A stretch of 64,000 bases of DNA from Balanoglossus misakiensis (lineage: Eukaryota; Animalia; Hemichordata). The stretch spans positions 12,278,027 through 12,342,026 of the forward strand of contig CM082585.2 of assembly GCA_040954595.2 (NCBI GenBank), given 5' to 3'. A program made the translations under genes and the position numbers. The notes below the pieces were generated by a model. That model had not been told where the DNA came from and did not search any database. It saw only the letters and a program-made list of their open reading frames with translations. This document shows positions 17,375 through 30,400 of the stretch, one piece after another. Positions within the stretch are counted from its first letter, which is position 1, and the number at the start of each line of letters is the position of its first letter.

Positions 17375-19185
17375 TAGGTGGACTGGGGTGACTGGTGTAG
17401 TTTTGTTTGTACAGAGGTGCATCGTGAAGTTGTGATGTGAATGTCGTCAATGTGAATTTGATGAAGAACCGATACAAGCAGTCATTGCCTGTTCTAAAAT
17501 GTTAGGCGGCCATTTTGAAACAAACTGTCATCTGCCCATCTTAAAGGAGGCCTGTGGTTGAAAGTAGTTTCAACAAAAAGTGGAAAGCATATTACACTCA
17601 TCTGGGACCGTAGAGCTACTGAAGAATATTGTTCAACTGACTACCAGTAAAAAAAGTATTTTGTCAGATCCATCAAGGTAGTCCTTGTGCTTTTATCTGC
17701 GGATATGCATCTCATTAAAACCATCAATCAAGAATTGCATTGGTACCTGTGTAACAATGCATCTCATTAGCCCTGCCAATTAACGGCTGTAGTGTGCACT
17801 TCATCAGAGCCATCATAATAATACACCAATATTTCTCATCAAGTCCATTGAATTCTGGAATAAAGGTATAAGATAATGCTGAAAATGAAATGGCTGTAGC
17901 CTAATAGTTGTCTTTATGTAATCCACTATGTGGATTCTAAGAGTTCTCTTCGCTTCCACATTTTACAAGTGTCATGTGTGCATTTCTGTAGCAGTTTCAT
18001 ATTCAACATGTAATCTGTGTATAGTCTTTCAGCCACAAGCCACTTTTGAGAGGAAATTGAACATGTTGTTGTTTTGATGTGTTACTGGTTGTCATCTGGC
18101 CAGGGAAATTTCCAGCAGTATCTGTTTCATTTTTGAGAAAGGAGTGATAGTTTTGAGTAATGTAAGGGTCATACTATGTCAGCATGACATTGGTTGTACG
18201 AAGGTCAAAGTGACTGTAAATGAAGAGACTGAAATTGTAAATGTTATACAGAAATCTATCCCTTCTAGCTCAACACTACACGCACTTTTGAACAACAAAT
18301 GACTGATCCTCTTTGCAGCAAGAAGCCAGAGGGGGAACAAAACTCATCTACATAAAAGTTGAATTCAGTGGCAGACTGTTAATAATGGATGATGCATCAT
18401 CGTATTACAAAATGATGAACAAATCTTCTAATGTGAGAAATATTTGATTACAGAAAAATGTTAAATCTCTATGTGGCTGAAGATAATTTGAATATATTGA
18501 TACTAATGATAACTTGTAGGAATATGTGTTTTTCTAAGAACATGGCAGATCTTTATATTTCCAGCACTGTTACAATCAGATTGAAGTTCCATCTTCTCTA
18601 TTTTACATAATGTGCTGATTTGATACCCATGTAACCTCCTGTCACAGTTTTTTGGTGGAGTGTGTTTTTTTGGTGATGCGATGTGTTCCAGTATTTAATG
18701 CTTAACAGGAGAGAGAATCTCAACAACCATGCTGGTCCCGATGCTGCAATGCTCTGCAGATATTTGTCGCTTGATGCAAATACAGACGCACATGGAAAAT
18801 GGAATATAGACGCACACAGAAATGAAGTGATCATGGCTGATATTACCATACTGTTGCCTTCATGGACAATAGTAACAGCAGTTAATAAGAATAAGTCATT
18901 TTAATCATGGATCACTGTGGATGGGGCCAAATCTTGTAAGATTGTGTAATGTTATCTTGAATATTCTGTTGTCGAAATTATCCGAATATTGCTTCCTACC
19001 ACAAAGATTTTGAAGTTTTGTCACATAAAAGCGTGAGCTGCAGATGACTGAATGTTGTTGAAGCTTTTTCATCCAAACTTAAATGTTACTGGTTAAGTGT
19101 TAAGAGGTTGTAAACAGGGTACATGATGTACCATCTGGCCATAAAAAGTACTGAATTGTACTTCTCCTGGGATACTGTCATTTCA

Positions 19186-19254
19186 TTAACCCTTTCCCCC
19201 AGTTCTCTCTATAGAAGTCCAACTAGGACTGAACCATTGGGGTGAAAGGGTTAA
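19186..19254. mobile_element. same TTAA-CCC MITE family, internally deleted copy
   Basis: TTAACCCTTTCCCCCAGTTCTCTCTATAGAAGTCCAACT...GGACTGAACCATTGGGGTGAAAGGGTTAA. Confidence 0.7.
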
Positions 19255-22235
19255 ATGACTGTTTTATTAGTGATGGTTTTCCATTTCTTTAGGAACTGTC
19301 CATCATTCAGAATACACTGTTACGTCAGCCATGCTGCATTATATTCGACGCAGAGCAGTGATGGAGACGCATATATAATGCAGGTGAATGCAGGAGCATA
19401 CATTTGCCATAAAAGGCTAACATAAGAAAAAAGGCTAAAATGATTTTATTATGATTTAAAACTTACTTCTGTATCATGTCCAGATCATCAAGGAATATTT
19501 AAACAAGCTTACTGTTAATATCTTGGCAACTGGTTAATTCGACTGCAGATTTTTGATGGCTCACAATAGTAAGAATGTCTGTTTGATGACTGAAATATGA
19601 ATTTTCCTTGAATGTACCATATATCATCAGTATAAGCATGCTTTGTAGATGTGTGCTAATAAAACGCAACAACAGGGTATATTCAGGACAGAAGCTTATT
19701 TGCATCCACACTGCAACTTTGTAATAATCTGTGTTTTCATATATGTTTATTTTAATCAGTTTTTGTCACAGTTTTGTTTCTAATCAAACATTATTAATTG
19801 TGCCGTGTATTGAGTTTTAACTTTTAGTAATTATGTAGTGAGATGGATGATATAAACATAAATTTGGATTAATGTTTTAGTATTAATACGTAACCTTGTT
19901 TTTAAAGTTATTTTATTTCATCTTTCATTATTATGTGTAGTCATTATGGTTACATATTGAGACGCACAGGATGAGTTTGCTTACAGCAAGATTTGGGATT
20001 TGTTTGGTGGGAAGCAATTTGTTTGTACAGTATAGAATTCATGTGTAGTTTTACTTTTTTTGTCAAGTGGCAACTTTCTGCAAAGTTTGGTGGAAATTGA
20101 GTTCTCGATCAACTGGAGGCCGTCGTCTGTTCTGTAATGTGCGATGTGTTGATATCTTTCATGTTATGGTATTTTAAACCACTGTCAACAACTGGAATAT
20201 CCAATATGGGAGGAATTCACTGTTTGTCATCTGGTAATTTGAAGGAACCGGAGTGTTTAGAATGTTGTATGAATACATCCTGGAATACATTGAGAATTTT
20301 GTGTATGAAAGAATGGAAAGATACTATTTGAAACCATCCTAGTTGAACTCTGTTATTCTACAATTCCACCACTCCTTGCAAGAAAGTTGTAGCAGGTATG
20401 TATTTTGCTTTCCTCACATTACATGTTTCTTCACTGATTGACAAGTTTCATGTATCTGATTGAGGTGTACTTGTTTCAAAAACAAAAGAGAAAAAAAAAG
20501 AACTATATGTAGGTGTCATTTAATTGATTTTAGATTTGTTATTTACTTTTAATGTTGATTCCAATCCAGAGGTATTGACAGAAATAAAAGCTTGGGATTT
20601 CCCCAGAAAGCTTGTGTTTGTGTCCTGTATCAAGGTAAGGTGACATTTTAAACATTCATGTATGTACCCATTTATCAGTAGAAGCTTATCGGATCAAACA
20701 TTTTCTCCATCGAGAGCATAATTTAGTTGAGAAATTCGGATCGGTCAACAGTAAACTCCCACCATGAAGATGTGGAATGGTCATGTTTAACCAGGCCATG
20801 TGACTGCTTTCAGTTTGGCATGCAAAATACATTATGATGTCTGTTGGTAGGTTGTGAAGTGGACCTGGTACATGGGAGATCTCAAAATATCAGAATGCTT
20901 TGGACGAGTGTTCTGATCTCGTGGACAATTTGAACAATGTTAGTGGAGAACATTTCCAAGACTGCTTCAGGCAAGAAAGAAGGTAATGGAGAGAAAACTT
21001 TCGTTTATTTGAAGACAACTATGCTTGGAAGAGATCAATTTTGTCGTGGGTCATCAGGGGGTCAAGGTGCAAAGGGTTAGAGGCCAAATTCTCTAGAATC
21101 TTTGCGTTCTCGTGATTTTACATGATGGTAAAGTATGCAAACTCCCAAAGGGTCGCGGAGCAGATGGCCCTGTTACTCAGTGATAATGTAGAGGGCGCTC
21201 TTCATCACCTTCCTCTAATGAATGTCTATTTTGTCAGATTCTCTCAGCTGTACAATACTGTTTTACATGTGCAAAAGATTGTTTCCTATGCAGGTTATAT
21301 TTTTCCATTCAAAGAAAACAAATTATGTGAATGCTCACATCCCTGGTTCTAGTCCTAGCTAGACGAAACACTAAATGCAGCATTTTTGTGGGAATTGGTC
21401 ACATTTTATTCAATATGTAGAAAAAACATATCTACTAATCAAGGTATTTTGTATAAAAGATGAATCAGGTTTGTACATTTTTCTCCTTGGGAATTTTGAA
21501 AGAATCTGAGGTATTGAAAAATTGTACTGAAAATAGCTGATAGATGACCCCCTCCCCGGCCGATGAATTTTGAAATTAGCTTACAGGAGAAATTCTCCCC
21601 TTCTCACAATGATAAATTACTGAAAAATTGTAATGTCTGTGGAAAACTCATTTGAATCAGAGTTTGGCATCTCATTGTTCCAGCGTATATATTTGTTGAG
21701 AATACTAGCTCAGTTGTTGCTTTGTCTTCAAAATATTTACAAATATAAAACCCCTAAATGGTAACAAAAAAGCAGACTCTTCATTTATTGTAATGGTATG
21801 ACATGGTTTTTAACACTATGTCACAAATGGAACAAAATTACAAGATGGGAGAGATCATTCTCTTCAAAATAGTGAGGAAAGAAATTGTAGTTATTGTTGT
21901 GCATACATGTAAGTACTCTCCCACCACATGTCTAGATTTTAGTTGAAGCCTTTACTCCAATACACAATTTTAAATTCAAAAGTGCCAGTGCTTGTTTCCA
22001 GTCCTTTAACTGATTGGATCGGACAGTCATTTGAACTCTGAAGTCAAGTGTTTCTTTCACCAAAGCAAATATCTTCACTGAGTGAGTCTTCGTGGTGACA
22101 CAAAACTGTTTTTGTCCACTGAACGACTGACTCCAGATGGTCTTTTTAATCCAGCAGAACTCATAAAGTGGACCTAGACTGGGTACATGTGTAATATACA
22201 ACGAACATAGTCTCTGTCTACAAAAAAAGGAGAGT

Positions 22236-23779
22236 TCAATGGTCCGGTTCTGCATCATCAAACTGTCCTGTGTTGGTTTCCATGGCAGCATCCTCCACTC
22301 CATTTGTCCCTGAGAAAATGAAAACGCAAGAAACTGGGATTAGCCATGACAGCAGGATTGCCACATTGTGTAGCTGTATATATGTGCAGGTGTATGTGTG
22401 AACAACTTCTCATCAAGAAAAAAAAATGTAAAAAAGTTAATAACTGAATGCTTCCCCATACCTGATGCAGACGTTGCTTGCACTGGTTCACTTGTTTCCA
22501 TGGGAACTGTCTGGCCGGCTTGTCCCATCTGAAGTAAGTTTTCTAATCTGTGGAGAGTCGCCTGACCTTCTTCTGTCAGTTCTTCAGCTCCCTCTGGTCC
22601 AGTGAACCACTGTCCATCACCCTCTCCCTCCCCCTCCCCTTCTCCTTCAACGGCATCTTCTGCAAATGTGATACAAAATTGAAGTGAAATTTTACCCACA
22701 TTAGCATTCTAATGTGAACTGCTCCAGATGTACTTGTGAACAATCAAACATGAATTTTAAATTCAACACAAAACATACCGTAATTTGCCTCGTCATCATC
22801 TTCCGATTGTGAATCATCTTCATCGGGATGGAGAGCTTGACATTTTGCCATGGCATCAAACATGTTATCCACTGGAACAGTCACAAAATAAACCATTATA
22901 CAAATGACGGATGGAAATTGGCAAGACAAGAATGCTTGTCCCTTTTAAACAATTTGTCCACAAAATAAAATCATACTTACAGGATAATTTATCTTCTGGT
23001 ATAAACCTTATCTCTGTAATCTGTGCCTGATCATCATCATCATCTTCATCCTCTGCCTCCCCTTCTCCTATTTTCGCTGCTGTTGTGTCATCATCCAGTT
23101 TGTAGTCTACCATCACATACAAACATTCATGTGGATATGAAGAGAGGTCCCTCGACACGGCATGCAGGGATATGGCTGGATATTCCAGGGAAAAACCTTT
23201 ACCACCAACTTCTGTCCAAGATAAGCGACTGTAAATGAAAAATTATAATGATCTAATTATTATTTCCCCACCTCCCTTTTTTACAATAAATACATCAAAA
23301 ATGAAATGTCTTCTCATCTTAATGCTAACTGTTCCATCTTTTACATATTCTCATAAACTAGCTCGCAGTGATCTACAAAAGTGAACTTTTGATGGAAACT
23401 TGAAAACCCCTAACCCTACTCACACTGTCATACATTTCTGTGTGTAATATACATGAAATACGCATATTACTACGACAACACACTACGTCATAAGACGCCA
23501 TTCTCAAGTATATTGCACAGGGATCATGGTGACAGTAGATATCACCTTCCTCAGGGGCCACGATCATTTACTTGATAATAATAACAAGAAATAGATTATG
23601 CTACAGCATTAGTACTATACTATACTATGAAATGAAATTCATTCGAAATGTCAGTATCACCTTTCTGCTATATAGAGAACACCCTGTCCTAAATCTTGCC
23701 CATTAATGTCTGCTCTTGTGTTTGGTTGTTGATGTCTTATACCGTCCGTTGGTGGAGGGAGAGAAGTGAGAACGACCAT
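22236..23779 (-). CDS. CLNS1A: methylosome subunit pICln (243 aa)
   Basis: Minus-strand exons 23779-23661, 23228-22981, 22871-22779, 22659-22462, 22309-22236 join in frame (732 nt). Motifs: LGQGVLYIAESRLSW, GFSLEYPAISLHAVSRD, EIRFIPEDK, MFDAMAKCQALHPD, LTEEGQATLHRLE; C-terminus GQFDDAEPDH*. Confidence 0.96.
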
Positions 23780-24498
23780 TTTTAAACCGGTTCTTTCTCT
23801 TATTACTTTGTCAACAACAGACCCGCGAAAGAAGCACGTTTTGCAGACGTCGGAATCAGCTGTTTGAAATCTCGCGGGGTTTATCTCGCGAGAAACTATG
23901 TAGCCAAGCCGAGAGGGTGACTGTTTCGGCGCGTGCGGCTTGAAGTACAGGCGCGTGCTAATACACATTGTTATTTAAATTCTAGCGACTGCTTCAGGTG
24001 AAAATTACACATAATTAACACATTTCGTGAACTCTTGCACTTTCTTACAACAATTTGCATCTAACTGTTTTGATAACAAAGGGCAAAACAGTTATCTTCG
24101 AACTACTTTTTTTTCTGCGGAGAGATATCTTGATATTGTGAATCGTTTTGGGGATTTTCTGGAGTAATCCTCCGCGCTACTCGGTGAGGTCATCGTCGTT
24201 TACATACAGTAGACGATATATTGTTGTCCTATTGAATGAGATCAGAGCTGTATTTTAGAGAGCGAAGTCCAACTCTTTGTGCCAGGGTCCGCTGTTATAT
24301 CTAGCGTTCATGCGTGTAGGAAGTGTCGTATGATAACCGGATGTTTTCATTCATTTTTATAAGACCAAGGATGATGTGGAACACGAAGCGGACTTTATGG
24401 TGAAAAGGAACCCGTTGAAAACTTCAACCATTCGCCGATCGACCGTGGGAAACATATGACGATAATTTTGTGATAAATATCCTGTAAATACCAATAAT
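23780..24498. promoter_or_regulatory. probable bidirectional CpG-rich promoter between CLNS1A and TMEM164, with a TCTCGCGAGA palindrome at 23884-23893
   Basis: Divergent start codons ~720 bp apart; local CpG enrichment; perfect TCTCGCGAGA plus TCTCGCGGGG at 23870. Confidence 0.65.
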
Positions 24499-27400
24499 AT
24501 GTCAAGTTACAGTTGGCAAAATATGTTCGACTGGGCCTACGGTGGAGTGGATCCAAAATTCGTCGGTAACGGAGGTCCTGAGTGTGCAAATTTCATGGGA
24601 CTTTGGCAAAGAGTGATCGAAACTGTGGTCTTCACGTCGATTGCTATTCTCGAAATTTACTACTCATGGGGACGTTTAAAAATCCCCGAAGTCCCAAAGA
24701 CCGAGCCATCAGATCGCATTGGGAAAAGGATTTTATTAGTTATTCTTTGTGTGACATTTGGCATAGAAATTGGTTTTAAATTCGCCACCAGAACCGTCAT
24801 ATATCTGTTGAATCCATGTCATCTTTTAACAGTGATTCAGGTGAGTGCTTGCTGATTGACGTACACACTGTTTACGAGCAGAAAAATATCGAAGTTATAT
24901 GATTTTTTTTGCGTTTATGGTAGTTATATAGGCAGCTGCGCCGAATCACGACTTATATATTGTGTGCGACATGTGGGTGATTACTCAGCTCAGATCAGCT
25001 GATCATGCCATAGGTGCTAAAGGTAACACATATGCAGGTACGAAGGGACCCGCCTCTAGGCAGACTCACACGCGCCAAGCGAGGTATCAACCCCGTTTGG
25101 CGACACGTACGCGACATGTAAATATACATAACGGCGTTATTAATCGTGTCAAAGTTTATCTTTACTGTGTTCTGACCATTGTTTCTTCCCTCAAAATTGT
25201 ACTGTACAATTTAATCATTTAAGTGGTTGGTCCAAAAGAATTGTCCGGTTTTCAAACATTGTTGCCCACGTGATTAGCAATGCAGAGATGGACAAGACTG
25301 TAGTGTATTAGTAATGAACAACACCACCTATTGTCTATTACATAACACCTTTCACATGTATAGACACCAATTTTAAAGCAGTAGCTTCTCAATTTTTTTT
25401 ACTTTTGCATTGTACAGTCATATGTTTGGTTCTCAGGTTAACTTATTTATATTTGTTGGTAGGGTCTACTGGACTTTTGGAAAAAGCACATGACATGTAC
25501 ATAAATGATGAACATAAATGTTGCACATGTCATGTGCAGTTCAGTTGATCCTACCCTCTCCTAACCCTTTCACCACCATGGTTTGGTCCAAAACCATTGT
25601 TTTCGTCTGTGAAGTTGGACATCTATTTGCTATCATCACATCCTGTATGGACCAAAGGTTTGCAACTGAAAATGCACATTCTTGGCAATTGAATTGAGCG
25701 TGTGACCATTTTGATAAGAATGATTAATCTGTCCACACCCCCTTCCTCTCAATCACTGCCATCATCAATCATAAAAGTATGGCATTGGGTAGCCATCAAA
25801 GGTTGCCCTTGATTATATCATATGACACTATTGACAGTTGTCATGTATTGTGGCCAATGCAGCAAGCATGTTTGTATCAGAATATACACTGAATTCAGAA
25901 TTTTAATGTTTTGAAAAAGATAACACACCCCTTTTAAAATGTCCTTTGCATTGATTTTCTGTATGTATGGTTTATTCTCATATAGCTTGAGCAAGTGGAC
26001 GTGTCCACTATGTTATATTGGGAGGGCAGTTTTGAATTATTAGGGATAGAATTTCTCTCTTTTGTGCAGCACTATTTATTAATATAATCCTAACACATCT
26101 GGTGCATGAATGGTCGACCAGGGGATTACGGACGTCATACCTGTATATATCCAGCAGCAATTGTCTAGAAATGGTTACAAGAGTAGTGGAAATGAGAAGA
26201 CAGTAGAATCACATGGTTGGAAGTTAATACTCTTAATAAATGCTGTTTTTGAGGAAGAGTACATTTATAGCTTGGTAAATAGGCCAGGCATATTTTACTG
26301 AAATATCCTGTTGTAAATTGATACTGCCAAGAGTTATTGTTAAATCAATGAAGTCTTGTAAATGCAGCATGTGTGATAGAAGATTTGTTGATGTGGTTTG
26401 TGACAGGCTTATATTGAGTGGACCTGCTAATCAGTATATGCGTATCACATGTCCTGTTACATTCTCATGGATCTCACAGTGAAAGTGATCTTTTTATTCA
26501 AAAATACCATCTGTCGGTTCTCAGGATTTGATCTCAGAAAAGGAAGAGGCAAAACCTGAAATTGGAATGGACCATTAGTATACAAACAAAACCATGTGTG
26601 TAAACAAACGTAAAAACAGACCCATTCCTGTTTGGTTGATCCATGTCTTTTTGTTTGTATCACTATCACATGACTTCTTTAACATGCAATGCATACAGTA
26701 TTCCATAGAACGCTCAGTGGTATGTGTGTGTGACATTTTATAAGGCTTCTCTGATGCTGCCTGTAGCTTTACTCTGCCAAAATTTGGTCGATGCCATTAT
26801 TTTTGAATGCCATGGGTGTATAATGTCATAAATACAGGGTAACAAATGTGGATCACCATTTCATTCTTCAGCATATTTTAGTTGTTCACAGATGCAGTAG
26901 TAACACTGACATTTCCTTGTAGAACAAGAATATTACTACAAATATTGAGAACATTTTTGTGACGTGTTTTACTGCAGCAAAACACAGATGTTGCAAATTA
27001 AAGCTAAGATCCGGCATGGCTAAACGTTTGCATAATAAAATGGCACTTTTAATTCCCTTTTTGTCACAATTCTAACGGGAAAGCAGAAACCAATAATACC
27101 ATTTTAGTCTGGCAGTCGCTATTTGCATAATTGATTGCCCATGTGGTTTACAATATGTTAACTGAAGACATTTGCATAACATTTGCTGTAAAATTTAAAA
27201 AATACCCACACAACTATTTCTCCTGGTAGCTGTATGGTACTGGTAGTTATTTTTAAGCATGATATTGCAATGCAAAGATGGGAGTGTGTGAATAAAAGCA
27301 GATGTCTTGAATATCTCCAACTTCAAAACCCTTTATCTCCCTCCCCCTCCCCCTCCCCCTGTATACATGTAGAGGTCTAGCATAAACTCAGTTATGTTTG

Positions 27401-30400
27401 TGCTGTGGGAGGAGAAATATGAAATGTTTCTGATGATGCAGGCAACATATGTTTTTATACAATTTATTGAGACATTTTACTGCACAGTTTACCTGTCTAC
27501 TTGGTGATTCAGTCCTGCCTCCCCTCAATAAAAAGACCACACCCTGCAACACAGCTGTCACTTTCTGTCTATTTTCAGCATCACCGAAACCTGTCCAACC
27601 ATTGCATTAGAAAGGGGGCATTGACTGCCTCTGCAGCTTGTCTGTCTGTCTGATGAATAAAGAGCCACAGTTTGTATTATAATTTATGGTTATTTTTCAG
27701 TATTTTATTTGTTATATGTACAAATGTATCAACTACAGCTGTCCATCCACAGAATATGCAATAGAAATGTACTAGTATGCTTGTGTCAGACTATCTCAGG
27801 TATTGATTTCATAATAGGAATACAGATATGATTTATGTGTTTCGTAGGAACTGAAGCGATACAAGTTGTACATTTTTACAAAGTGATAAAAGCAAGCGTA
27901 ACTGTTGGCTGATATTTTACCAGAGAGTATTGGTAAGAAAATTGAGTTTATTGTGGGTTGGTATAAAAATAGATTTTATGGTCTTTTGACTATTAAAGTG
28001 TGCCAAGATTTGTATCATTGCTTCAGTTGTTATAAATGCCAGCATCTGTGTAAATGCACTACAGAAACAACACTAGTAGTGGTGTGATAGGCTGTAGAGA
28101 TTATTTTGGAAATCTAATTGGTGACGATTGTGTTTTGACAAATCTCCTTGCATCTTAGTTGGAGACCAACAGCTTCAATCTATATATTGCCCCAGGGTAC
28201 AAATTCTCCTGGCAATAAAAAGACAGGTTATAAGGACTTTGATTTTTGGTGGGTGTACTTTGCTCTGAAGCTGTTTACAGACGTTAACTGTAATCTTGTT
28301 GGTCATTGTCTGTCTGTGTCAACAAACTTTTGCTGGGGTTCTTTTAATTTTTGGCCATTGGTATATTGTAATGCATTGCACATAAACATTCAGATTCTGG
28401 ATGTCACCTTGTACGTGCATATACTTACATGTACATGTAAATGCAACCAAGCCAGTTATTGCCAGCCTTCCTTCTAAAAAGTATTTCTCATGTTTAGTGA
28501 TAACAATGATATGATGAATTGAGAGATCTAATTGATGTCAGATGAACATATTACTGGAATACACAGGGGTTAATATACTTCAATTGCACCGAGCTCAGTA
28601 GGACATTTATCTGACGTGTAAATTATTTTATTTCCATTACCAGTAGGGCATTTACATTTCTGTTGCAGTGTTAATTTATTTTATTCTCATTGTCAAAGTA
28701 ACAAGTACGGCTAAATAATAACTGAATAATGGCACTACATCACTTGCCATGCTGTTAAAATAATTACAAAATTGATCATGAAATATTCATGCAATGTACA
28801 TGCACACTGCAGAGTCTGATTATTTTGTGTGTATGTTTCAAACCACTCAGCCAACACCCCCGGAGGCTTATTTCATTAAGCGAGGTACAGTACACTCTCA
28901 GTTAAATTACTGCCAGTTCCTCTCAATTCTAACACTCACACAGCCGTTATATTAACCCTTTTACCACTATGGTCCAGTCCAAATCCTTTGTTTTTCTATG
29001 GGAAGGTTGGACCTCTATAGAGGGAACTGGGGGTGGAAGGGATAAAAGAGTCTGTGACTCTCATGTGTGAGCAGTTTGAACTTGAAATCTGTCAGGTGTC
29101 ACGGGTACATGTATGTCGCAGTGAACTTTGAAGAAATTAAGATGCAGCATTGTATTTCACTGATCCTCAGGTTCTGTCATTATTGATGGGTTTGTGCTGG
29201 AGACATGTAAATGGAGCCTCATCCTTCTTAAAAATTGATGAAATGTAGATTTTAGTGGCCATGAGAAATGCAAATACTAGATTCGCCCACACAGGCAAAA
29301 TTTAAAAAAAAGAAATTAAGTAGAAAGATTGTATGTGATGTGATAGTCTAGCAGTGTGCGTGTATGCAGAGACTGACAGGGTGTATTTGCATACCTGTTG
29401 TCAACCAGCAGGCTGATCAGTATCAACAGTTGCCCATCATGCATTCTGCCAACATACATATGACAGTAAAATCTGTCTAATCTGGAAACCTGTCTACCCT
29501 GACACATTTTTCTGTCCCTTAGACATAGAGAGCCACATATTAATTTAAAGAACCTCTATAAACCGGACACCTCTGCAAACCAAACAATTTAGAGTGAAGT
29601 ATAATGGACTTGCCTACTATTCATCCAATATGTCGACATGCTCAGAGCCATTGTTCATACATCATTGTATTTTTAGAATAACCCTAGATAATATTTTACA
29701 GTCTCTAGATTAATAGTGAGAGTAATTCCTGGAACAAAAGGACAGATTGAATCGGAAACTTAGAAGTTAGATATCCTCAGGGTTGCAATGATGTACGATG
29801 TAATGTTGAATTTCCTTCCACTCTATTTTGCCATTAGTTCTTCCAATGTATTGACATGTATATATGATCAGTTTCTGAAAAGCACCATATTCAGTTTCAT
29901 TTCATTCAGTGTTTGTTATTCACCTCATACCATTGCCACTCAAACAGTTGTGTAGAGCATATTAGAAAAGTCGTACAGTGATGTAAGGTAGCTTGTGAGG
30001 CTTGTGTGGGTATTTCTATAAAAATTCCAAAAATTACTGCGATCTTTGAAATCGAGGTTCGCTAAATTGATAAAGAAGTCAGTGATCCACTCTAGATACG
30101 CTGGAAATAATCTCTGTTGCTGATCAATGAATCCTTGAAAATCCTTAAAATAGATCCCAGTATGAATCACCTTCAGGTAGCTTTACTTTTATGGAGTTTT
30201 TATTTTAGTTGCAGGGGGGTGGGGAGGGTGGAGGCTCAGCTGTACATGAATTCACACATCACAGGTCTTGATAATGATAGTTTTTTAATTGCCCCAAAAA
30301 GGCAGATCAGAGTCTATATTCAGAGTTGTCATCCCCAAAGATTGCCTATTTATTGGCAAGAATTTGGATGCATACAATGGAGTAGCAATTACACAGTCAA

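Noticed and set aside
15254-22200. Short 60-120 aa ORFs downstream of AMMECR1 and in other introns and UTRs
   Set aside because: They have no protein motifs or coherent splice chains and are consistent with random ORFs in non-coding DNA.
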